Translations under genes and position numbers: made by a program
Source: Spirochaetota bacterium
Lineage (GTDB): Bacteria; Spirochaetota; UBA4802; JAKQUI01
Assembly: GCA_029562645.1 (NCBI GenBank)
Contig: JAKQUI010000005.1
Location: 7,961 to 71,960 of the forward strand
Length of the DNA stretch: 64,000 nt
Direction of reading: 5' to 3'
Shown here: in pieces, positions 20,576 through 32,028 of the stretch
How the letters are laid out: every line of letters begins with the position of its first letter
Position numbering within the stretch: position 1 is the stretch's first letter
The notes under the pieces: model-generated
Told to the model about the DNA's origin: nothing
Database searches by the model: none
Seen by the model: the letters and a program-made list of their open reading frames with translations, nothing else

Positions 20576-21163
20576 TTACTTTACGGCGCCCGGCGCCGCA
20601 GCGCCCGGGGGCCGGTCAATGATGCGGATGGACCGCAAAAAATCAAAGCACTCCTTTTCCATCGCGGGAAACACGCGCTCCGGCGCATTGATGATGACCG
20701 TGAGCCCGCTGTTGGCGAACACCGCCGTCGCCAGCACCCGGGTGTAGGTCGTCCGCACCCGCTTCTCGTAGGCCGTCCCGTACAGCCCCAGCGCGGTGCG
20801 ATAGCCCCCGAAGATGTCCTCGCTCGTGAGCACCCGCGTCACCCGCGTAAAGGGAAACGCGAGCCGCTTGCTGATCAAAAACGCCTTCGGGTCCACGGGC
20901 GTTGCGAACCGCTCCACGTAGACCACCATGTTGGGCACGAGCGCCTTTCCCTTGTCGGTCGTGAGCGGCTCGCGCTTGTAGACCCGCAGCTCGCCGTTGG
21001 GAAGCTTTTTCTTCTCGACGACGTTCCAGGCCGGCGGCAGCGGTATCTTGATCTCCTGCGCCACCGGCAGATCGGGCTTCCGGGTCGGTTCCGTCGCCGC
21101 GAGGGGTCCCCCGGACAGGACGAGCAGGACCGCACCGACGACGAATGTAATTCGACCGGCCAT
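20576..21163 (-). CDS. hypothetical secreted protein between gyrB and gyrA
   Basis: Signal peptide. No recognisable motifs. Tightly packed (7 nt and 25 nt gaps). Confidence 0.4.
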   Translation of the reverse strand: MAGRITFVVGAVLLVLSGGPLAATEPTRKPDLPVAQEIKIPLPPAWNVVEKKKLPNGELRVYKREPLTTDKGKALVPNMVVYVERFATPVDPKAFLISKRLAFPFTRVTRVLTSEDIFGGYRTALGLYGTAYEKRVRTTYTRVLATAVFANSGLTVIINAPERVFPAMEKECFDFLRSIRIIDRPPGAAAPGAVK

Positions 21164-21170
21164 CGCCGCC

Positions 21171-23302
<2,132 letters not shown>

Positions 23303-23308
23303 GCCGCG

Positions 23309-23653
23309 CTACCGCTTCGCCCCATCGCCCCAGGCGATCCGCTTCACCTCGGTCTTGATTGATTTCACCATAGAACACCCCATCTCCTCGTCAAGCGACT
23401 TCACGATCGAATCGCGCATCATCATCACGTCGTTGGCGAAGGTCGAGTGGTCGACGGCGATGAAGAGCGTCCGCTTGAACACCCGATCCGGCCGGCTGTG
23501 CGCCGCGATGATGGCGCCCACCACGCGCGGCCAGGCGATGCGCAGGCGCTCCAGCGCGACCGCCTCGTCCATGCCCAGCCCCGCGATCGCGACGGCCATC
23601 AGGTCGGAGACGGGCACGGTGGCGTTGTGCCGATGGCGCGACGAACGCGTCAT
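23309..23653 (-). CDS. DUF721 protein (DciA-like putative helicase-loader/operator)
   Basis: 114 aa. LERLRIAWPRVVGAIIAAHSRPDRVFKRTLFIAVDHSTFANDV matches the DUF721 core (W..ivG...a..s.P..l..g.L.v.v.ss.w). DUF721/DciA genes are typically next to dnaN-recF-gyrB. ATGA overlap with recF. Confidence 0.5.
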   Translation of the reverse strand: MTRSSRHRHNATVPVSDLMAVAIAGLGMDEAVALERLRIAWPRVVGAIIAAHSRPDRVFKRTLFIAVDHSTFANDVMMMRDSIVKSLDEEMGCSMVKSIKTEVKRIAWGDGAKR

Positions 23654-24753
23654 AGCGCGCTCACCCGCCCGTCCTCGACGCGGAACCGGGCCGCGCCGTT
23701 CATTCCGTCCCCGCCCAGGCCGTCGCGGGCCATGGTCACGAAGGTCTGGTTCTCCCGCCGAAAGAGCTCCAGCGCGGCGGCGCGCCGTTGCGCGTCGAGC
23801 TCGGGGAAAATATCGTCGATCAGTATCACCGCGCGTTTCCCGAGCGCGCGCTCCACGAAGTCAAGCTCGGCGATCTTGAGCGCGATCGCCGCGGTGCGCT
23901 TCTGTCCTTGCGACGCCGAATCGGCGAATCGTTCGCCGCGCCGGTCATGCAGCACGAACTCGTCCCGCTGGGGCCCGATGGTGGTGCTTCCCATCTGCAG
24001 GTCGCGCCGCAGGCAGCCCTCGAGTCGTTCGACAATGTCCTGCTTTCCAGCCTCGCCGGTCGACGGCGCGTAGGAGAGCGCAGGCGCGAGCGAATCATCC
24101 GCGATGCGGCCGTACGCGTCCTGTATCACCGGTGCAAACGTTCGGGCGAACTCCGTGCGGCGCGCAACGATCGCAACGGTCAGCTCGGCAAACAGCGCGT
24201 TCCAAACCGACAACTGGTCGCCGGGAGCGCGCGCCTCGCCGCGGGCGTCTTTCAGGATGCGGTTTCGCGATGCGAGCACTTTTCGAAACGAAACGAGATC
24301 GCGAAGATATCCGCGATCGATCTTGGCGATCACCGCATCGACATAGCGGCGGCGCGCCTCAGGCGGGCCGTCCACCAGCGCGAGGTCGCCCGGCGACAGG
24401 ATCACCGACACGAACCGCCCGTAGTACTCCGCCGATCCGCGGATCTCCGCATCGTCGATCTTGTAGCGCTTGCGCGCGCGGCCGTCGTACAGCGCGCAAC
24501 CGACCTCAAAGCGCCGCTCGTCGGGCCCAACGATGTCAGCGCGGCAAAAATACGAATCGGCGTCCCACTGCATCAGCGCCCCGTCGCCGACGCCGCGAAA
24601 CGAGCGCAACTCGGAAAGGAGCGACAGCGCCTCGATCATGTTCGTCTTCCCCGACCCGTTGTGTCCGGTGATGATGTTCACGCCCGGCGCGGGCGAGAGC
24701 TCCAGGTTTGTGTAGTTCCTGAAGTGCTTCAGAACGAGCCGCTCGACAACCAT
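23650..24753 (-). CDS. recF: DNA replication and repair protein RecF
   Basis: Start moved to MVVERLVLKHFRNY (codon 166 of the long ORF). Walker A GHNGSGKTN. C-terminal signature/Walker B region. 368 aa. Confidence 0.9.
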   Translation of the reverse strand: MVVERLVLKHFRNYTNLELSPAPGVNIITGHNGSGKTNMIEALSLLSELRSFRGVGDGALMQWDADSYFCRADIVGPDERRFEVGCALYDGRARKRYKIDDAEIRGSAEYYGRFVSVILSPGDLALVDGPPEARRRYVDAVIAKIDRGYLRDLVSFRKVLASRNRILKDARGEARAPGDQLSVWNALFAELTVAIVARRTEFARTFAPVIQDAYGRIADDSLAPALSYAPSTGEAGKQDIVERLEGCLRRDLQMGSTTIGPQRDEFVLHDRRGERFADSASQGQKRTAAIALKIAELDFVERALGKRAVILIDDIFPELDAQRRAAALELFRRENQTFVTMARDGLGGDGMNGAARFRVEDGRVSAL

Positions 24754-24773
24754 AGGCGTCCCATGCCGGCGGG

Positions 24774-25898
24774 TCACTCCGACTTGACCGACAGCGGCAT
24801 GATCACCGAAATGTAGCGGTCGTCGTTTTCCGGCGCGATCGTCATCGGGCTTTTGCTGCCGGTCACGCCGACGCGAACCACATCGGTATCGATCTCCTTG
24901 AGCGCGTCGATCAGGTACAGCGCGTTCACGCCCAACTCGATGGGGTCGCCGGGGACCGTCTCGATGACGATGTTCTCCTCGGACTCGCCGAAATCCGGGG
25001 AGCGCGCCTCGATCGTGAGGCGGGACCCTTCGAACCGCAGAACGATCTTGTTCACCGGCTCGACGGTGAAGTTGACCGCGCGCCGCAACGATTCCAGGAG
25101 CGGCTCGCGCGCAATGCCGATCCGAAAGCGGTACTCGCGCGGGATCACCTGCGAATAATTCGGAAAGGTCCCCTCGATCGTGCGCGTGACGATCTCGGTG
25201 TTTCCTACGCTGAAGAAACACTGGTTCTTCCCGATGAAAAACCGGCACACCCCGTCCGTCCCGAGAACCGAGTTCACCTCGCGGACCGCCTTGAGCGGAA
25301 GAATGACCCCCTGGGCGATGTCGGACCCGCCGCTTGACGACATCGTGTTCATCGCCAGCCGACGCGAGTCGCTCGCCACGGCCGATATGGTTTTCGGCTC
25401 ATCGGTCACGAAATATACGCCGTTGAATACGGCCTTCACCGTATCGGTCGACGCGGCATAGATGACGCGGCGTATCATGCGCCTGAACGCGGCCTGCTCG
25501 ATCTCGATGACGTCCTCGTCGCCATAGCGCGGTATTTCGGGAAAGTTCTCACCGGACGTCCCGATGATGGAGTACTGGCCGCTCACCTTGCCCGACTGCG
25601 ACCTGATCTGAACCACGTGCCGATCGTCAACCGAAAGCTCAATAACGCCTTCGGGAAGGTCGCGCACGATATTGGCGAATCGCCGCCCTGAGAGCATGAA
25701 CGTCCCCTCTGTGTCGGCGCTTGCGGCGATCCTGGTGCGTATGCCGATCTCCTTGTCGGTCGCCATGATCTCGATCTCGTCGTTGAACACGTTAAACAGG
25801 CAATTCATGAGCACGGCATTGACCGCCTTGGACGATACGACGGAATCGGCGCTGCTGACGGCCTTGAGGAGCGCGTCCTTGCTTGCTTCAATCTTCAT
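24774..25898 (-). CDS. dnaN: DNA polymerase III beta sliding clamp
   Basis: MKIEASKDALLKAVS... three-domain clamp. About 375 aa. Confidence 0.9.
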   Translation of the reverse strand: MKIEASKDALLKAVSSADSVVSSKAVNAVLMNCLFNVFNDEIEIMATDKEIGIRTRIAASADTEGTFMLSGRRFANIVRDLPEGVIELSVDDRHVVQIRSQSGKVSGQYSIIGTSGENFPEIPRYGDEDVIEIEQAAFRRMIRRVIYAASTDTVKAVFNGVYFVTDEPKTISAVASDSRRLAMNTMSSSGGSDIAQGVILPLKAVREVNSVLGTDGVCRFFIGKNQCFFSVGNTEIVTRTIEGTFPNYSQVIPREYRFRIGIAREPLLESLRRAVNFTVEPVNKIVLRFEGSRLTIEARSPDFGESEENIVIETVPGDPIELGVNALYLIDALKEIDTDVVRVGVTGSKSPMTIAPENDDRYISVIMPLSVKSE

Positions 25899-26170
25899 GA
25901 TGTGCACCACACGGTATTATTACTATTATGTGAATATATAATACTATTATATAGTTGTAGTAGTAGGCACGGCGAATATGTGGATACTTCGCTAACTACT
26001 GACGCCATCAGGCATTCCGCATATCGTCCATGTGGACACGAACGAGGCGGAGGGCGAAAACTCTCAATTTAACGCCATGGGTATCAGACAACGAAAAAAT
26101 TATCAACAATAATGCGACATAATAAACAATATACTCACACGTTATCCCCACGTCAGCGCGCGGGTGTCCG
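25899..26170. promoter_or_regulatory. candidate oriC segment / DnaA-box cluster with AT-rich DUE in the dnaA-dnaN intergenic region
   Basis: 25911-25970 is about 80% AT in a ~65% GC genome. DnaA-box-like 9-mers: TGTGGATAC (25979-25987), TGTGGACAC (26031-26039), TTATCAACA (26100-26108), TTATCCCCA (26142-26150). Each is 1-2 mismatches from TTATCCACA. Confidence 0.45.
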
Positions 26171-27508
26171 TTACAGTTTTAGTTCGATGATGAGCTCGTC
26201 GATCTCTTCTTTGAGGTTGGGATCGTCCTTTATCATCTTCTCGACATTGTTCATGGCGTTCAGGACCGTGGAATGATCGCGATCGCCGAATTCCTTGCCG
26301 ATCTCCGTGGTGGTGAGGCTGGTGAGCTTCCTGACGAGGTACATGGCAATGAATCGCGGCAAGACGATCTTGCTGTGACGGCCCTTGGCGCGCAGGTCGT
26401 CCACGGTCACGTCGTATTTCTCGGAGACCTTTTTCATGATGTCGTTGATGGTAATCGCCTTGCTCACCTCGGCGTCGAAAAGATCCTTGATGTGCGTTTT
26501 CGCGTGCTGGATGCTGATGGGCTCGTTTGAAGTCTCTGAGACGTGCCGGAGCCGGTTGAGCGCCGATTCGAGGTAGCGGATGTTCGATTTGATGCGCGTG
26601 GCGATGAAGGTGATGACCTCATCGGGCACGTGGATGCTGTCGCTCTCGGCCTTGTTGCGAAGAATGGCCTCGCGCGTTTCAAGATTTGGCTGCTGGATGT
26701 CGGTGATCAGTCCCCAGGCGAAACGCGTCTTCAGCCGGTCCTCAAGCGTGGAGAGGTCCTTCGGGGGGCGGTCGCTGGATACCACTATCTGTTTTTTGCT
26801 CTGGTGCAGGGTGTTGAAGGTGTGGAAGAATTCCTCCTGGGTCTGCTCCTTGCCCTCGAGGAACTGGATGTCGTCGATGAGCAGCAGGTCCACCTCGCGG
26901 TACTTGATCTTGAAGCTCTCGAGGGTTTTGGTGCGCAGCGAGTTGATGAAATCGTTGATGAACAGCTCGCACTGCACGTAGAGCACTTTGAGAAAGGGGC
27001 GCTCCATCATCACGGAATGGCCGATGGCCTGCATGAGGTGCGTCTTGCCCAGACCGACGCCGCCGTAAAGGAACAGCGGGTTATAGGTGTTACCCGGCGA
27101 TTTCGACACCGACACCGCGGCCGCGTGCGCGAACTGGTTGTTCGGCCCCACGACGAAATTGCTGAAGGTATACCGCGGATTGAGCATCATGGTGGACGGA
27201 TTGTTGATGGTCGACAGGGCGTCCGGAACCGGGATGCCCGTCTGCGCGGCGGGCGACGGCGTGTGGCCGTTTGCAATGACGAACTCGCAGAAATACTGCT
27301 CGCCCGTCAGCTCGCGCAACAGCTCCACGATGAGCGGCTGGTAATTGTCCGCGATGTGACGTCGCGAGACATCGTCCGGGACCGTGATGCGCACCGTCTT
27401 GTCGAGGATCGATTCAACCGACGTGTTCTGAAACCACATGTCGTACGACTGCTTGTTGATCTTTGTTTGTACGCCGGATAACACCTTGTTCCACATTTCG
27501 TGTGTCAT
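26171..27508 (-). CDS. dnaA: chromosomal replication initiator DnaA
   Basis: 445 aa. AAA+ Walker A GGVGLGKTHL. C-terminal DnaA-box-binding domain (IGKEFGDRDHSTVLNA). Confidence 0.97.
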   Translation of the reverse strand: MTHEMWNKVLSGVQTKINKQSYDMWFQNTSVESILDKTVRITVPDDVSRRHIADNYQPLIVELLRELTGEQYFCEFVIANGHTPSPAAQTGIPVPDALSTINNPSTMMLNPRYTFSNFVVGPNNQFAHAAAVSVSKSPGNTYNPLFLYGGVGLGKTHLMQAIGHSVMMERPFLKVLYVQCELFINDFINSLRTKTLESFKIKYREVDLLLIDDIQFLEGKEQTQEEFFHTFNTLHQSKKQIVVSSDRPPKDLSTLEDRLKTRFAWGLITDIQQPNLETREAILRNKAESDSIHVPDEVITFIATRIKSNIRYLESALNRLRHVSETSNEPISIQHAKTHIKDLFDAEVSKAITINDIMKKVSEKYDVTVDDLRAKGRHSKIVLPRFIAMYLVRKLTSLTTTEIGKEFGDRDHSTVLNAMNNVEKMIKDDPNLKEEIDELIIELKL

Positions 27509-27882
27509 ACCTTCCTTGATGCGTTATCAACAATTGTTAATAACTTTGTTTATAAATGGCATATATTTGAGTAGTATTCACCGTGTCATGATAGAAAACG
27601 CGCGGTCCCCAGTATTGTCTCTCGATTGGGGAACCCGAAGGATTATCCTCTGCAATTATTTTCCAAAGGGCTTTTTGGCAAGGATTTTATACTGCCGCAC
27701 AAATCATAGGCATGTTTTTTTCCCGCATGCGGATAGGGTGCGGATATCCTGTGCACAGCCGCCAGATCATTGTTGATAACAGGCGCAGAGATGTTGATAT
27801 CGTGTGGGAAGCGGTGGACAGATGGAAGATGATGCCGCACGCGATCGGCCGGATCATGCCGGCCGATCGCGAACGTTGTGCG
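27509..27882. promoter_or_regulatory. dnaA promoter region with a second DnaA-box cluster and AT-rich segment
   Basis: TTATCAACA (27524-27532) and its inverse TGTTGATAA (27771-27779), TTATCCTCT (27643-27651). AT-rich 27536-27600. Confidence 0.4.
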
Positions 27883-29520
27883 CTACAGTTGATTGAAGTT
27901 CTGCTGGTATCCGGAATTGTTCGGCTCGCGCTTCAGGGCCTCGCCGTACCAGTACTTCGCCTGCGCATTGTCCTTGAGTTTGTTGCGATAGATCCACCCG
28001 AGGTGCCCCGCCGGCCAGGCCTTGTCCCGGTGCTGATTGTGGCAGTCGGTGAGATACTTCACCGCATTCTTGAAATCGCCGACCTCTCCGTAGCAATACC
28101 CGAGGTTCGAGAGCGTGAAGTAGTAGGTGGGGTTATGCTTGAGCGCGACGTGATAGTTCTTGATCGCCTCGCGGTAGTCCTTTTTCACTAGGGAGATATA
28201 GGCGATCTCGCTCCAGGTCTGGTAGTCGTCCGATTTCACCTTCACGGCCTTGCGAAACTGCGCCATCGCCTCGTCGAGACGGTTAAGACGGCGGTAGCCG
28301 ATGCCGAGGTTGCGCAGCCCCAGGATGTAGGTCGGATACTTCTTCAGGACGACCTGGTACATCTCCAGCGCCCGTTCGAGCTGGCCCTTGCGGTCGTACA
28401 CGACCCCCAGGTTCATGTATCCGGTCTTGAACTCGGGATCGATCTCAATGGTGTTCTTGAAGTACTTCTCGGCCAGATCGAGCTTCTTCTGGTCGAGGTA
28501 GATCACCGCGAGGTTGTTGTGCGCGTCGGTGAGGAACTTGTTCTTCTCGATGGAGATCAGCAGATACTTCTCCTCCTGGGCGTCGTTATAGCCGTAGATA
28601 CGGCTGAGCAGAAAGTACGCCTCGGCGTTGTTCGGGTTGATCTCGATCGCCTTGCGCGTTTCGGCCTCGCAGAGCTTCCACTTGTTAGGGACCTTCTTGT
28701 CGTCGACCTCCTGATAGTAGCGCGCCAGGGCGATGTGCGCCTCGTCGAGGTTGGGCGACAGGTCGAGCGCCCGGCGGCTGTTCTGGTACGATTTCTCAAG
28801 CAGCGAGTCGTCGATGCGGTTCTCGTAGTTCTTGAGCTCCCAGCGGCGAAGCGAGTACGCCTTGCCCAGTCCCGAGTAGGCCAGGCTGTAGTTTTTGTCC
28901 ACGCCGATCGCCTTGTCGAACCACTTGATGGCCTCGAGATAGTTGAGCTGATAGAGCAGGTTGCTCATGCCCTTCACGTAGTATTCGTAGGCCGAGATGT
29001 TCTTGGTGAAGTTCTCGGTGATGCGGTTTTTCACGTCCGCCGTGATCTTGATGTTCGTCTGGTCGATGATCTTGAGCGCGATCTCGTCTTGCAGCTCGAA
29101 GATGTTGTCCATCACGCCGGTCGATTCCACCTGCTTGAGGATCTTGTGGCTCTCCACCTCCACGAGCTTGGCGGTGATGCGGATCCGATTGCCGTATTTC
29201 TGGAAGTTGCCCACGACGATGATGTCCGCGCCGAGGGCCTTGCCGGCCTGCTTGGCCTTCTTGTCGTCCAGGACCCCGGTCTGGCCGAGCTGCACCTCGT
29301 GGATGATCTTGTCGACGTTGGTGCGCTCCACGACGATGTAGTCGCGGACATTGCGCAGCTTGTGCGAGACCGAATCGGCGATGCCGATCTCGAGCCACTG
29401 GACAGCCTTTTCGCCCGCAAGGTTCGTGAAGGCGGACACGCCGATCACGGTCTCGGCGACAAGCGCCGCCGGGACCAGCAGGAGCAGGAGCATGATGAGC
29501 GCCGTATTTTTTCGTTGCAT
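27883..29520 (-). CDS. TPR-repeat secreted protein with the same non-TPR N-terminal domain as the 9871 gene
   Basis: Signal peptide MQRKNTALIMLLLLLVPAALVA. N-terminal domain (VSAFTNLAGEK...GADIIVVGNFQKYGNRIRITAKLVEVES) followed by about 9 TPR repeats. GGAGG lies 7 nt upstream of the ATG. Confidence 0.6.
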   Translation of the reverse strand: MQRKNTALIMLLLLLVPAALVAETVIGVSAFTNLAGEKAVQWLEIGIADSVSHKLRNVRDYIVVERTNVDKIIHEVQLGQTGVLDDKKAKQAGKALGADIIVVGNFQKYGNRIRITAKLVEVESHKILKQVESTGVMDNIFELQDEIALKIIDQTNIKITADVKNRITENFTKNISAYEYYVKGMSNLLYQLNYLEAIKWFDKAIGVDKNYSLAYSGLGKAYSLRRWELKNYENRIDDSLLEKSYQNSRRALDLSPNLDEAHIALARYYQEVDDKKVPNKWKLCEAETRKAIEINPNNAEAYFLLSRIYGYNDAQEEKYLLISIEKNKFLTDAHNNLAVIYLDQKKLDLAEKYFKNTIEIDPEFKTGYMNLGVVYDRKGQLERALEMYQVVLKKYPTYILGLRNLGIGYRRLNRLDEAMAQFRKAVKVKSDDYQTWSEIAYISLVKKDYREAIKNYHVALKHNPTYYFTLSNLGYCYGEVGDFKNAVKYLTDCHNQHRDKAWPAGHLGWIYRNKLKDNAQAKYWYGEALKREPNNSGYQQNFNQL

Positions 29521-29667
29521 TGTTTCCTCCGATGAAAGATCGTTCGCCGATGCGGCCGCAGCGCAGTGTGGCACGGCGACGCGATCCTGTCAAGCCGCGA
29601 TTGCCGCGCGACATGGGTGTCGTATATTCGGGAAAAGGTACTTTTTCAAGAAAGAAATGGCATCGAC

Positions 29668-30237
29668 ATGAAAATTCTTTTACGCGGCGGCAGCATCGCC
29701 GCAGGGACCGGGGTTCGCGTCGGCTATGCCGACATCCTCGCGGAGCGGCTTCGCGAACGCGGTCTATCGCTCATCAACCGTTCGCGGGCGCGCGACAGCT
29801 CCTTCGAGGGAAACTGGACCTTCTCCGGGGACATCGATCCGGTGCGGCCGGAGGTCCTCATCATACATTTCGGGATAGACGACATCTACCGCCCCGTGTA
29901 CCGCTCGGAGTTCAAGGAGAACCTCGTGCAGCTGGTGCGACTCGCACGCGCGCGGTTCGATCCCGCGGTGCTGCTGTGCACCTCGCATACCTGGGACGAC
30001 GAGTACGAGATGCGCGCGGCGGACATCTACTATCGTACGGTGCGCGAGGTGGCGCTGGACCTGGCCTGCGAGTACGTGCCCGTGCACCTGGCGTGGATGA
30101 GCCGCCTTTTCGAGATCGGAAGGCCCCCAAAGGACTTTCTGCTTGCGGACGACCGCCTTCCGAACGAGGAGGGCCACCGGCTCTATGCAAACATACTATG
30201 GCCGCACCTGGAAAAATTCCTGGCGCCGTATTTTTAA
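29668..30237 (+). CDS. SGNH/GDSL-family hydrolase
   Basis: Block I LRGGSIAAG, block III FGIDD, block V DDRLPNEEGH (DxxH). About 189 aa. Confidence 0.6.
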   Translation: MKILLRGGSIAAGTGVRVGYADILAERLRERGLSLINRSRARDSSFEGNWTFSGDIDPVRPEVLIIHFGIDDIYRPVYRSEFKENLVQLVRLARARFDPAVLLCTSHTWDDEYEMRAADIYYRTVREVALDLACEYVPVHLAWMSRLFEIGRPPKDFLLADDRLPNEEGHRLYANILWPHLEKFLAPYF

Positions 30238-30314
30238 GTGGACAGTCCGGAGCCGCCGAACAACGATCTCCGCCGCGGGAATGGCCGCGAATCAGAAAAA
30301 ACCGGGAGCGTCAC

Positions 30315-30575
30315 ATGAGCGTCATCATCAAGGACATACGCAGAAACGATCGCGAGATCATCCGCATCGAGGTCTCGGAATTCAAGGGACGCGACCTCAT
30401 CAACCTCCGCATCTGGTACCAGGCGGTCGACGAGCGCGGGAATGTCGTGTACAAGCCCACCCAGAAGGGCGTCGCCCTCGACGTATCGAACTACGCCGAA
30501 CTCCTCGACGGGGTCGAGCGCATCGGGAACTATCTCAAGGATCGCGAGGCCGGCGTCAATCCGCTGGGTGAATGA
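30315..30575 (+). CDS. PC4/Sub1-like ssDNA-binding small protein
   Basis: 86 aa. IRIEVSEFKGRDLINLRIWY...GNVVYKPTQKGVALDVSNYAELLDGVERI matches the bacterial PC4 (YdbC-like) beta-sheet/helix pattern. Confidence 0.5.
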   Translation: MSVIIKDIRRNDREIIRIEVSEFKGRDLINLRIWYQAVDERGNVVYKPTQKGVALDVSNYAELLDGVERIGNYLKDREAGVNPLGE

Positions 30576-32028
30576 TCCCCTCCTCGACGAGGCGGGCGAT
30601 GGACGCAACGCACAGCGCCCGCGCCGCGTCAATCTGAAGCTCATCGTGCAGGATGTCCGGGTTCGCCACGCCGCGAAGCACGTCCTCGATCAGGAAGCGC
30701 GGCCCGGAGGGGAGCCCTTCGACGAGGTCCGTCGCATAGCGGGCCCGAAGCCCTTTGAGCGCGGTTGACAGGACAAACCAGCCCGCCGACACGAGGACAT
30801 GCCGGAAGTCGCCCGGACCGATGCGCCGCAGGAGATACGGAAGGCTCTCCGCTCCCAGACCGCGGCGCCGAAGGCGCTGCCGGCGGTACTCGGTCACGAG
30901 TGACGCGTGCGCGGACAGCCGCTCGAGCGGCGACGGCGCGATCGAACCGGCGCGGGAGAGCAGCGACTCGGTGCTGCGTCGGGACACATGCTGGCCGATG
31001 AGGCCCCCGTACCAGGCGGGATCGTCGGCGATGCAGCGCGCGACCGTGTCCTCGTCGCAGGCGGACAGGACCGCGTACAGCAGGCCGTCCGCGGCGATCT
31101 CGAGGAACCAGTCGCGAACGTCCCTCGTCACCGCGATCCGCAGCGATGCGAGAAGCGCCCGTTCCGCCTGAACGGCGCGCAGAAACGGCGCGAAACCGAC
31201 ATCATCCCCCCCGCGCGAAAGGAACAGGACCGCTTCTTCGATGGAGTACGCACCGGCCATGAGATCGCGCCGCGTGAGCCGCTCGAGGCCGCGGTAGCGC
31301 CGCATCAGGGCGCGCACCTCGTCGACGAGGCGCGGCGAGAGGTTTCGCCGTATCCGTCCCGCCTCATCCGGAAGCGCCATCGTCATCACCATGAGTTGGT
31401 AGGGGCCGATGAGCCGTCGGTTCATGAGGCGGTAGAGGAGCGACTGCAGGGCGCTGTCGGAAAGCGAAGCGACGAGGCCGGGCAGATGGGGCAGCAGGCG
31501 CATGGGCTCGTCGAAAAAGGCGAGGACCGCATCATTGAGCGTGTCCGGATCGATCGCCCCGGGGCCGATGAAATGGCGCATGAACGGTGCCGGGAGCGTT
31601 ATTGAACACCCGGCGTCCCCGTCGGTAGAGACCACGGAGAGATCGATGCGGACAGACGGGTCCGTGTCCCCGGTGTGCGCGGTCGGTCCGCGTGGAGCGG
31701 GATCGGCCGCAACCGTCATGCGGCGCTTGAGCAGCATGCTCAGAAGCACGGACGAGAGGCCGCAGGCGTCGGCCGTGTGGCGGGAAAGGGATTCGAAAAG
31801 CTCGCCGGGCAGATCCAGATTGCGTATCTCGATGCGATGGACGGCCGGCGCATCCGTGACGGACAGATGCATGCTCGCCGCGGCGCCGGGCTCGGCGCGA
31901 TCGGACTGGAGGCGCAGGGGAGAGAGCGCCATGGTGCAGCCCGGACGCGCGCGGCGGAAAAAGTCGTCGGTGTCGGGCAGGAGCAGGGCGATGATGAGTC
32001 GGGAGGCGGCGGTTCCCGGCAGGGTCAA
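30556..32028 (-). CDS. hypothetical protein with a C-terminal FliG-C / MgtE-N-like helical domain (tentative); start uncertain
   Basis: The C-terminus ALKGLRARYATDLVEGLPSGPRFLIEDVLRGV...ARLVEEGII resembles the FliG C-terminal torque helix region (ALKG...GPVR...RLEEAGEI) but with shorter spacing. The listed start at 32028 is a TTG giving a TTGA overlap with the upstream RR-PP2C gene. ATG alternatives are at 31932 and 31872. Confidence 0.3.
   Translation of the reverse strand: MTLPGTAASRLIIALLLPDTDDFFRRARPGCTMALSPLRLQSDRAEPGAAASMHLSVTDAPAVHRIEIRNLDLPGELFESLSRHTADACGLSSVLLSMLLKRRMTVAADPAPRGPTAHTGDTDPSVRIDLSVVSTDGDAGCSITLPAPFMRHFIGPGAIDPDTLNDAVLAFFDEPMRLLPHLPGLVASLSDSALQSLLYRLMNRRLIGPYQLMVMTMALPDEAGRIRRNLSPRLVDEVRALMRRYRGLERLTRRDLMAGAYSIEEAVLFLSRGGDDVGFAPFLRAVQAERALLASLRIAVTRDVRDWFLEIAADGLLYAVLSACDEDTVARCIADDPAWYGGLIGQHVSRRSTESLLSRAGSIAPSPLERLSAHASLVTEYRRQRLRRRGLGAESLPYLLRRIGPGDFRHVLVSAGWFVLSTALKGLRARYATDLVEGLPSGPRFLIEDVLRGVANPDILHDELQIDAARALCVASIARLVEEGIIHPAD

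Noticed and set aside
28519-29614. Alternative-frame ORFs (28519..29535 plus; 28796..29614 minus) over the TPR gene
   Set aside because: Low-complexity Arg/Gly or Val/Leu/Asp-rich. The called frame has clear TPR periodicity and a signal peptide.
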